A stretch of DNA of 34,337 nucleotides, taken from NCBI GenBank assembly GCA_965363345.1, contig CBDTTT010000001.1, positions 1-34,337 on the forward strand, written 5' to 3'. Both the position numbers and the translations under genes were made by a program. Shown here piece after piece: positions 8,231-15,498 of this stretch (within the stretch, counting starts at the first letter, position 1; each line of letters starts with the position of its first letter). This stretch comes from an uncultured Chromatiales bacterium. GTDB lineage: Bacteria; Pseudomonadota; Gammaproteobacteria; Steroidobacterales; GCA-2729495. The notes under the pieces were generated by a model that worked only from the letters and a program-made list of their open reading frames with translations, was not told where the DNA came from and ran no database searches.

Positions 8231-9133
8231 TTAGCTAGCAAATTTCAGTAAGTGATCGCATAGCTCATGCGATTGATCTTCGACGATGTAAAAACTGGCC
8301 TTATCGATGAGAGCGTGTGGCTGATTTTTGCAGCCCGGAATATGGGCTAGTAGGTCTGTCGGACCCATTGCTGAGCCCTCAAACTGTTTGCTAAACAACG
8401 TTAGCACCGGCTTGTTCCAATTTGCCAGAGCAGCCCACGCCGCCAGATTTGCTTCACGGGCCGGGCTGTCGGGAGAAATTGGCAGGATCATCGGAAATCT
8501 GCGTGGCCCGGTTCTGTAGCTTTGATCCGGATAGGGGGCGTCGTACGCGTCGACAATTTCCGGAGAGAGTTCTTTGACCGTGCCTTCCTGCACCATCTCG
8601 CCTTGTGGAAATACGGGCAGAGCTAATTGCACCTCACGCCATTGAACAAACCATGCATGACCCGCCGAGGGCTCACCTGTTGGTAGTTGAGTATTGAGCA
8701 ACACAAGTTTGCCAAATATATCCGGGTTCTCGGCAGCTATGCGCAAACCAAAGAATCCGCCCCAGTCGAACATAAAGCCAATGGCGTTGCTGACCCCCAG
8801 TTGTTCCAGAAAGGATGTATTCCAAGCGATGTGCCGGTTAAATTCGTAGTCTTCTTCTTGCACCAGCTTGTCGGAACGACCAAAGCCAATGTAGTCGGGC
8901 GCGATTACCCGATAGCCAGCCGCTACCAGCACCGGAATCATATGCCGGTACATGTACACCCAGGCACCTTGCGACGGGTATAGAACAATTGTCTCGGCAT
9001 CGCTATGACCTTCATCAATATAGTGCATCCGCAACTCACCATAGCGCTCGTCCTCAACAGTGATGTAGTGTGGCGCGAAATCGTAATCGGGCAGTTTCTC
9101 GAATCGTTCGTCTGGTGTGCGCAATGGTTTCAT
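8231..9133 (-). CDS. Haloalkane dehalogenase (HLD-I, DhlA)-like alpha/beta-fold protein, apparently with a degenerate catalytic apparatus.
   Basis: MKPLRTPDERFEKLPDYDFAPHY...MHYIDEGHSDAE...YRHMIPVLVAAGYRVIAPDYIGFGRSDK...FDWGGFFGL...YDAPYPDQSYRTGPRRFP is collinear with Xanthobacter DhlA from memory. The nucleophile motif DWGG is present, but the HGEP, catalytic acid and GHF positions differ (see findings). Confidence 0.7.
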   Translation of the reverse strand: MKPLRTPDERFEKLPDYDFAPHYITVEDERYGELRMHYIDEGHSDAETIVLYPSQGAWVYMYRHMIPVLVAAGYRVIAPDYIGFGRSDKLVQEEDYEFNRHIAWNTSFLEQLGVSNAIGFMFDWGGFFGLRIAAENPDIFGKLVLLNTQLPTGEPSAGHAWFVQWREVQLALPVFPQGEMVQEGTVKELSPEIVDAYDAPYPDQSYRTGPRRFPMILPISPDSPAREANLAAWAALANWNKPVLTLFSKQFEGSAMGPTDLLAHIPGCKNQPHALIDKASFYIVEDQSHELCDHLLKFAS

Positions 9134-9166
9134 AGTATTGATTTCTGATGCGTGAATAATGAAGCG

Positions 9167-10054
9167 TTAGTTTTGTTTTGGTATTGGCTCTAGTTGGCGT
9201 ATGTATTCGATTATCGCGCTGCGATCGCCTTCAGACAACAAGGCCGTATTCTCATCAACGACTGTACTCATTTCTCCGCCGGCAAAATCTCCGTTAGGTA
9301 GCATCCCAATTTCGAGAAAGAGACTTAGGTCATTACGCCGCCACGACTTTAGACCGTCTTCATGAGGTGTAAGGTTGGGCGCGGCTTTAGCGTCGCCGAA
9401 GCCCGGTGCACCTGCAAGCTCGAGTTCACTGTTTAACCCGCCAAGCTCGTTTCGAGGTGTGTGACATTCGCCACAATGACCCAGGTGTCTGACGAGATAG
9501 GCACCCCGATTCCATTGTTCATCTTTACTTGGCTCAGGCTGGAAGCGGGCGTCCGAAAAATACAGCCACTTCCAGAACATCACTGGCATGCGCCAAGATG
9601 CGTACCAGACCAGTTCGTGGTCTTTGTTCGGAGTGCCAAGTGCTGGCAATGAATCAAGATAGGCTTTGATATCGAGTAGATCAGTATCGCTCAGACCGGT
9701 ATAAGCCGGGTAGGGGAATGCAGGATAGTAGTGCTCTCCATCGGGGTTAATGCCCTGTTGGAAAGCGGCTAAAAATTCCTTATCTGACCAGTCGCCAATG
9801 CCGTGCTTCGGGTTGGAGGTAATGTTCGGGCTATAGAACGTACCAAAAGGGGAGACTAGCGGGCGGCCTCCGCCAAAATCCGGGCCTTTGTCGGCCGTAT
9901 GGCAGGCAATACAGCCGCCAGCATTTGTGAGGTATTGGCCGCGCTCCGCGTTTGCCGCAGAAGCTTCGGTGTTGAATAGAACAATAAGCAGGCCCGCGCA
10001 CAGTGGCAAAATAATGAGCCACTGTGCAACGGAAAATAGCTGTTTAGTGTTCAT
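9167..10054 (-). CDS. Dihaem c-type cytochrome (COG2010-like, related to the cytochrome subunits of membrane dehydrogenases).
   Basis: It has two CxxCH motifs (CIACH, CGECH). From the ATG at 10054 the product begins MNTKQLFSVAQWLIILPLCAGLLIVLF...ASA (signal or anchor). GIGDWSDKEF...YPAFPYPAY is typical of this family. The start overlaps the cytochrome c' stop by 11 nt. Confidence 0.85.
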   Translation of the reverse strand: MNTKQLFSVAQWLIILPLCAGLLIVLFNTEASAANAERGQYLTNAGGCIACHTADKGPDFGGGRPLVSPFGTFYSPNITSNPKHGIGDWSDKEFLAAFQQGINPDGEHYYPAFPYPAYTGLSDTDLLDIKAYLDSLPALGTPNKDHELVWYASWRMPVMFWKWLYFSDARFQPEPSKDEQWNRGAYLVRHLGHCGECHTPRNELGGLNSELELAGAPGFGDAKAAPNLTPHEDGLKSWRRNDLSLFLEIGMLPNGDFAGGEMSTVVDENTALLSEGDRSAIIEYIRQLEPIPKQN

Positions 10055-10505
10055 GTTCCGCACGGAAGTCGTCGTGACATGTTTTGCACGATTTGCCGAC
10101 TGCCTTGAATGCGGCACCCATGGCGGCGCGATCATTTGCTTCGGCTGCTGCTGCCAATTTTGCCGTGGCATCCTTCACATCATTGGCATATTCCTGATAG
10201 GTGTCCATCTCTTCCCAGATGGCAGGTAAAGCATCGCCACCTTCAGAGCCTGCGTGCACGAGATCAGCTACGAGAGAGGCAGAGGCTGCCAGAGCCTTAC
10301 TATTGGCAATAATATGTGCCTCAGATGCTTGCAGATCAACCTTGCCTAAAAAGACGCTAATAAATCCTCCGAAACTTGAGCTCATCGTGTTCATGACCTG
10401 AGACCGATACTTTGCGGCATCGCTGAGTTCATCATCAGCCATAAGGCCTTGTGCGGACAATAGCAGTGCTGTTGCAACGAGTGTGGCAAGTAGTTTGTGA
10501 TTCAT
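10044..10505 (-). CDS. Class II cytochrome c (cytochrome c' / c-556 family).
   Basis: It has a signal peptide (ALLLSAQGLMA-DD), four-helix-bundle-like composition and a single C-terminal haem motif, CKTCHDDFR. Confidence 0.85.
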   Translation of the reverse strand: MNHKLLATLVATALLLSAQGLMADDELSDAAKYRSQVMNTMSSSFGGFISVFLGKVDLQASEAHIIANSKALAASASLVADLVHAGSEGGDALPAIWEEMDTYQEYANDVKDATAKLAAAAEANDRAAMGAAFKAVGKSCKTCHDDFRAEHEH

Positions 10506-10520
10506 GATTGGTTCCCGTTA

Positions 10521-11525
10521 TTAATTCAAAATTTCGTTTTTACTAATAGATTCTAAGGTATCGTGTTTTTGATCGGGCAGATCAAGTGTGCCGTCTAGGA
10601 AAGCTCTTACATCAACTCCTGTAATATCGCCTGCTTCCTGAACAGCCATGTGCCCAACGCCCGGATAGATTTTCAGTTGCACCGATTCAGCGCCACTGAG
10701 TAGCTCGATAAACTCGGGTGCTTGCTCAACTTTTGCTTGTGGGTTTGCTTCACCCCAGAGGATGAGTACGGGGGCTCTGACCGCGGCGACAACGCTTTCC
10801 AGGTCGCCGGCTTCGTATTGCCGCAGGCGGTCGAGCTCTGCTGCGCGCTGACCTTCACGCATCCACATGTCGTACCAGCGGTCTACGAGTTCTTCAGGTA
10901 ACTCCGTGGTTTCTCCCCAGGCGGAAGACAGCATGAATTCTGGGATAAAGCGGGGCAAAATATAGGCAAGTATTTGAGATGACTTTCCTGGCCTGCCGCG
11001 TTGCTTCATCATTTCTTTGCCTTCGAGCGAGCCGGGGCTGAGTAATATCAACTTGTCGACACGTTCGGGGTGGCGGCTGGCGTAGTGCAATGCAACGGTA
11101 CCGCCTAGTGAAGTGCCGCCTATGGAAAGCGTTTCAAGGCCGAGTGCATCAATAAAGCGTTCGGCAAGTTCAACGGTGCGTTCCACCGTGTAGTCGCCTG
11201 TCGGATCCGGACCTGTTAGGCCATGACTGGTCATATCAAAACGAATAACGCGATAGTCGTCTTTTAACGCATCGACCCAGGGTTCCCAGCCTAGCAAGCT
11301 GGCAAAGTGAGCATGCACCAGCACAATGGCCGGACCTTCGCCTTCATCACGGTAGTGCACTCTGACACCGTCGATGTTCATAAAGCGTGAAGCGTCATTT
11401 GCGTATTTTTCTTCCAGCACTTCAGCGGGAATATCGCGGTACGCCCAAAGGGCAACGGCCAGCGCGATCAGCGATAGGGCCAGCAGTGTTCCCAGCGTGT
11501 ATCCAATGTAGCGTAATACTTTCAT
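10521..11525 (-). CDS. Alpha/beta-fold hydrolase with an N-terminal transmembrane anchor.
   Basis: SD AGGGGA is present. The TM segment is YTLGTLLALSLIALAVALWAY. The nucleophile elbow is GGTSLGG and a C-terminal GVGHM histidine motif is present. Confidence 0.75.
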   Translation of the reverse strand: MKVLRYIGYTLGTLLALSLIALAVALWAYRDIPAEVLEEKYANDASRFMNIDGVRVHYRDEGEGPAIVLVHAHFASLLGWEPWVDALKDDYRVIRFDMTSHGLTGPDPTGDYTVERTVELAERFIDALGLETLSIGGTSLGGTVALHYASRHPERVDKLILLSPGSLEGKEMMKQRGRPGKSSQILAYILPRFIPEFMLSSAWGETTELPEELVDRWYDMWMREGQRAAELDRLRQYEAGDLESVVAAVRAPVLILWGEANPQAKVEQAPEFIELLSGAESVQLKIYPGVGHMAVQEAGDITGVDVRAFLDGTLDLPDQKHDTLESISKNEILN

Positions 11526-11696
11526 TCGGTTCCCCTATTGTCTATTAACTGATAATACGTCAGCAGAGTCCTTACTCGTAAGTCCCGGAGCTGATATGCC
11601 GCTGTGCGGTGGCTCTGACTGGCTGTTGATGGTAGGTTGGCAAAAATGGCTAGTGGGTCGATATTAGCTGCTATAGGAAATTTCTCTGGAGTTGCT

Positions 11697-12833
11697 ATGT
11701 TTCTTGCGTTGCGTGATCTGGCTTTTGCTAAAGGCCGCTTTTTCCTGATGAGCATGATTATTGCTCTGGTGGCTTTTCTTATGACATTGCTCAGTGGCCT
11801 GTCGTCGGGCCTCATTAAGAACAATATCTCGGGCTTGATGGCGATTGATGCGAATTATATCGCCTTCGAATACAACGATCGTCCGAATTACCGCAACAGC
11901 CTGGTCGAGCGTGAAATGTGGGAAGGTTGGCGTGAGTCTCCGGGAGTTCTTGCTGCTGAGCCTTTGGGCCATACGATGTTTACGGCCCGAACGCCCGATG
12001 ATGTGCCACTGGATGATGTTGTGCTGTGGGGCATCGAGTCCGGCAGTTTTCTGGAACCGACAGTGGTCTCTGGCGAACAGCTGGGCGGCTCGGAAGACGG
12101 GGTCATTATTACCGCGATTCTGGCCGAGAAGCATGGCGTCGGTTTGGGCGATGTTGTGGTGCTCGATCGTGTGCTTACGCGACTTACCGTCGTTGGCATA
12201 GCTGAGGAATACAATATTGGTCATGTGCCTGTCATCTATACCCCGATGAGGAAATGGCAGGAGGCCACATACGGTCCCCCGGGTGGGCCGCCTCCCGGCG
12301 AAGAGTTGCCGGGCATTTTGTTTGATTACTCCAGCGTCATTGCTTTGCGACTTGAACCCTCCGCGAATATAGAAGAGTTGGATATTGAGTGGGGCACGGT
12401 CTCACTGAATAAGCAGATCGCCTACGAGGCATCCTCCGGCTACAAGGAGGAAGTTCAGACGGTGCAGATGATTCAGGCGTTTATGGTGATTATTTCGGCG
12501 CTGGTTATTGGTGCGTTCTTTACTATCTGGACGATCCAGCGAACCCAGGAAATCGGTTTAGTAAAAGCGCTTGGTGGCTCAAGTGGTTATCTGCTGCGAG
12601 ACACTATGGCGCAGGCTATGATTGTGACTCTGTTCGCTGTTGGTGCGGGTACTTTGGGTGCAGTCTGGCTAGGTTTCTCGCTGGAGGCCTCGGGCAGGTC
12701 GTTCATGATGGTGCGAGATGACATACTCGGTTCTTCGGGACTATTGATTATTGCAGGTTTGGTTGGGAGCATGGTGTCAGTGCGACTTATTACCCGTATT
12801 GATCCGATCATTGCGCTGGGTCGCACACGTTAG
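11697..12833 (+). CDS. MacB/FtsX-type (type VII) ABC transporter permease, HrtB-like layout.
   Basis: SD GGAG lies 6 nt upstream of the ATG at 11697. The N-terminus MFLALRDLAFAKGRFFLMSMIIALVAFLMTLLSGLSSGL is TM1. A ~230-aa extracytoplasmic domain follows, then three C-terminal TMs, and the protein ends ...RIDPIIALGRTR. Confidence 0.8.
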   Translation: MFLALRDLAFAKGRFFLMSMIIALVAFLMTLLSGLSSGLIKNNISGLMAIDANYIAFEYNDRPNYRNSLVEREMWEGWRESPGVLAAEPLGHTMFTARTPDDVPLDDVVLWGIESGSFLEPTVVSGEQLGGSEDGVIITAILAEKHGVGLGDVVVLDRVLTRLTVVGIAEEYNIGHVPVIYTPMRKWQEATYGPPGGPPPGEELPGILFDYSSVIALRLEPSANIEELDIEWGTVSLNKQIAYEASSGYKEEVQTVQMIQAFMVIISALVIGAFFTIWTIQRTQEIGLVKALGGSSGYLLRDTMAQAMIVTLFAVGAGTLGAVWLGFSLEASGRSFMMVRDDILGSSGLLIIAGLVGSMVSVRLITRIDPIIALGRTR

Positions 12834-12842
12834 GGAGTCGTA

Positions 12843-13535
12843 ATGAGTTTGCAGGTAAATGATGTAGTGCTTGAATTGGGCGATGGTGATCAGAAAATTA
12901 CCGCGCTTGACCATGTTAGTTTTTCTGTCGATGACGGTGAGTTGCTCGGCGTGCTGGGTCCGTCTGGTGCTGGTAAATCGAGCCTTTTAGCCGTGTGCGG
13001 TGGGTTGCGTCACCCAACCAGTGGCTCGGTGCTGATTGGTGGTAAGGATTTGACCGCACTGAAGGATAGTGAGCTGACAAAGTTGCGGCTGGAGTCGGTT
13101 GGTTTTGTGTTTCAACAATCGAACCTTGTCTCTTCGTTAACTGCCTTGGATCAATTGACACTGATGGTGCACTTAAGTGGTAAAAGACCGGGCAAGGCAG
13201 ACCGGGAGCGGGCATTGGCGTTGCTCAAATCCGTCGACATGGAGCATCGTGCCGACCGTCGCCCTGATCAATTATCGGGTGGTGAGCGTCAGCGCATCGG
13301 TATTGCCAGGGCACTGATGACATCCCCTTCACTATTGTTGGTTGATGAGCCGACCTCCATGCTAGATCAGGTTCGCGGGCGACAGATCGTCGACTTGCTT
13401 CGTGAGCAATGCTTTGAGCGAGGTGTTGCTGCCGTTATGGTGACTCATGATCGTTCAATGCTTGAGGCGGCTGATCGCAGCCTGCATATTGTGGATGGTC
13501 GTTTGCAGGATGACTCCGACTACGCCGATCACTAA
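12843..13535 (+). CDS. ABC transporter ATP-binding protein (MacB/LolD/HrtA family).
   Basis: It has Walker A GPSGAGKSS, signature LSGGERQRIGIARAL, Walker B LLLVDEPTSMLD and the H-loop VTHD. SD GGGAG is present and the gene starts 9 nt after the permease stop. Confidence 0.9.
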   Translation: MSLQVNDVVLELGDGDQKITALDHVSFSVDDGELLGVLGPSGAGKSSLLAVCGGLRHPTSGSVLIGGKDLTALKDSELTKLRLESVGFVFQQSNLVSSLTALDQLTLMVHLSGKRPGKADRERALALLKSVDMEHRADRRPDQLSGGERQRIGIARALMTSPSLLLVDEPTSMLDQVRGRQIVDLLREQCFERGVAAVMVTHDRSMLEAADRSLHIVDGRLQDDSDYADH

Positions 13536-13604
13536 AACTTATTGTTTCTGTCGTTGTCTCTTTTGGCATTGGTACAGAATAAACATTCAGCTGAGGACAG
13601 CACC

Positions 13605-14708
13605 ATGAGGAAACTCGCTCCCGCCTTTCTATTGCCCGCTATTGCGGCTTTTCCTTTGTTGTTTTTTGCAGCGGCAGGCCTGGCTGAAAGTCATCACGAC
13701 ATGCACGATATGCATGACATGCACGCTGGTGCTCCGGAAATGGGTGCCGATGGCAAGCGCGATCCCGGAGATATGGATCATACGATGACGCCGGAACAAC
13801 TTACGGCGCTGCGCGAGAAGATAGCGCTGTATCGCGCACTCACAGACCGTGAGGCCCAACTCAACATGGCGATGATGCGGCCCAACTACGAGTGGTATGT
13901 CAGCGACTCCGCTGTAACTAATGATGTCGGTGTATTAGTTCTCGCGCATGGCGTTGGTGACAATAGCGATCGATTATTCCGTGATAGTTTGCGGCCAATG
14001 GCTGAGGATAGGCCGACCGCGATTTCTTTCGGCATGGCGATGATGATGTCGTCGCATATTCAGTCGAGTGTCGATGATCTTGAGGCTGCCGGAGCCAAAA
14101 CCATTGTTCTGGTGCCAACTGCGACGACCGAGTACAACTCGCTGAATCGGCAATGGGAATATGCTTTTGGCATGCGTGAGGATTCCTCCTATCTTGATGT
14201 TCCGAAAGTTAATACCAGTGCCAAGGTACTCATGGCTTCGAGCTTTAATGATCACCCGCTGATCAGTGAAGCTCTGATTGAGTATGTGCAGGAGAAGAGT
14301 GTCGACCCGGAAAATGAGACGGTCATCTTTGTGGGGCATGGTCCCGAAGAGATCGATGACAACGTGCTCGATTTAGAAGTGCAGCAGGCCCATGTTGACC
14401 GGATGCTGGAGCAGGGTGGTTTTGCCGAGGTTAAGATGATTAACCTGCAGGACGATGCTTATCCGCCGATTCGAGCAGCAAATGTTAAGAAGCTGCGGCG
14501 TTGGGTAACCACTGCCCAGCGCAAAGGCAATACAGTGATTGTTGCCGTCGTAACATCAGCAAGTTTTGGCGTGCAGCAGAAGATTGTCGAAGACTTGCGC
14601 GGTCTTGATTATAAATTTGCTGATAGGGGGCTTATTGAGCACCCCAATTATCAGAAGTGGATTCTCGCCGCTGTTGATGAGCGTCTGGCGGAAGAGCAAG
14701 CCCTCTGA
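13605..14708 (+). CDS. Exported two-lobed protein with a class II chelatase (CbiX/CbiK)-like layout and a His/Met-rich N-terminus, copy 1.
   Basis: SD GAGGA lies upstream of the ATG at 13605. A signal peptide ends AAGLA-ES. The mature N-terminus is SHHDMHDMHDMH...DMDHTM. The two lobes start VLVLAHGVG and VIFVGHGPEE. It also has TTEYNSL (compare the CbiK GxEY motif) and DHPLI. The fold assignment is motif-based and tentative. Confidence 0.5.
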   Translation: MRKLAPAFLLPAIAAFPLLFFAAAGLAESHHDMHDMHDMHAGAPEMGADGKRDPGDMDHTMTPEQLTALREKIALYRALTDREAQLNMAMMRPNYEWYVSDSAVTNDVGVLVLAHGVGDNSDRLFRDSLRPMAEDRPTAISFGMAMMMSSHIQSSVDDLEAAGAKTIVLVPTATTEYNSLNRQWEYAFGMREDSSYLDVPKVNTSAKVLMASSFNDHPLISEALIEYVQEKSVDPENETVIFVGHGPEEIDDNVLDLEVQQAHVDRMLEQGGFAEVKMINLQDDAYPPIRAANVKKLRRWVTTAQRKGNTVIVAVVTSASFGVQQKIVEDLRGLDYKFADRGLIEHPNYQKWILAAVDERLAEEQAL

Positions 14709-14714
14709 TCCTGG

Positions 14715-15287
14715 TTAGCGGGTAAAGCGACCTTTCACCGCAATGACAACTGCGGTTAGCATAATCAGCAATGTCGATGCCTGTGCAAGATAGGTTGTCG
14801 CCAGCTTGATTTGTTTCGCGATGACGGCAGCATCAGCCGCGCTATTAAGTTCGTTCGGGAACGCCACTATTACGGTCAGCAAGCTTATATTCTCCAGCCA
14901 GTCGAATAGCGTTGGGATCAGCAGCAAGACAAACAAATTCTTTTGTAAGGCGATCTCGTACCAGCGAGGGAGACTATGCCGCAGCACGTAGGGCCAGATT
15001 GTCGCTAGAAACAAACCTGCGAACAATGGGAAAAAATAGTCGATTGCTGTGAATACGTAGTAGAGGTCGTATGCCTTGTCACTATAGCCAGCAAGCTGCG
15101 AAAAGATTTCATCGGTCGTGAGTGAATTCTGTAGATCAAACGGCAGAGCACCTGCTGCATGAGGCTGAAACTTTTCCCCTATATAAAGTAGTGTCCGCAG
15201 GCTGCCTGCGAAGCCTACAAACAACAGTACGAATCCCCCGAGCGAAAATGAACATCGAACAATGAATTGATTCAGCAGCTCTAGCAT
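14715..15287 (-). CDS. Integral membrane protein of unknown function (about 4-5 TM), located between the two chelatase-like paralogues.
   Basis: It is a 190-aa ORF with hydrophobic segments (GGFVLLFVGFAG, YFFPLFAGLFLATIW, LFVLLLIPTLF, ASTLLIMLTAVVIAV). I recognise no family. Confidence 0.55.
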   Translation of the reverse strand: MLELLNQFIVRCSFSLGGFVLLFVGFAGSLRTLLYIGEKFQPHAAGALPFDLQNSLTTDEIFSQLAGYSDKAYDLYYVFTAIDYFFPLFAGLFLATIWPYVLRHSLPRWYEIALQKNLFVLLLIPTLFDWLENISLLTVIVAFPNELNSAADAAVIAKQIKLATTYLAQASTLLIMLTAVVIAVKGRFTR

Positions 15288-15498
15288 GTGTGGACCTTTT
15301 CAAAGTAGCTTTGTAATTTTTGTTATAACCTTATCGTCCCGCATCTCCGTGAGCAGTTCAAGCGAGAGATGATGCGCTGTCTTCACTACATTGGGTTATG
15401 CAAATACTTGTCTGCTGCAGTAATGACAGGCATCCTGAGTCGGGATGGCATCGTTAAGGTGCGCGCTCGGTATATTAGGTCAAATGATGGTGAATGTG

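Noticed and set aside
10055-10171. The track's longer start for the dihaem cytochrome c, which adds 39 residues and overlaps cytochrome c' by 128 nt.
   Set aside because: The extension is hydrophilic and would bury the signal peptide. The ATG at 10054 gives a normal N-terminal signal and an 11-nt coupling overlap.
11545-11566. A Fur-box-like GATAAT hexamer within a small inverted repeat (CTGATAATACGTCAG) in the divergent control region between the cytochrome operon and the ABC/chelatase-like arm.
   Set aside because: There is a single hexamer, not the 19-bp (GATAAT)x3 array. It is tempting given the haem/metal hypothesis, but one hexamer in AT-rich promoter DNA is expected by chance.
11664-12224. 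A long antisense ORF (186 aa), with companions at 11845-12201 and 11888-12214, inside the ABC permease gene.
   Set aside because: It lies entirely inside a gene with clear family motifs on the other strand. The products are Arg/Ser/His-rich low-complexity sequences with no SD, signal or recognisable domain. This is a typical open-frame artefact of moderately GC-rich coding DNA.
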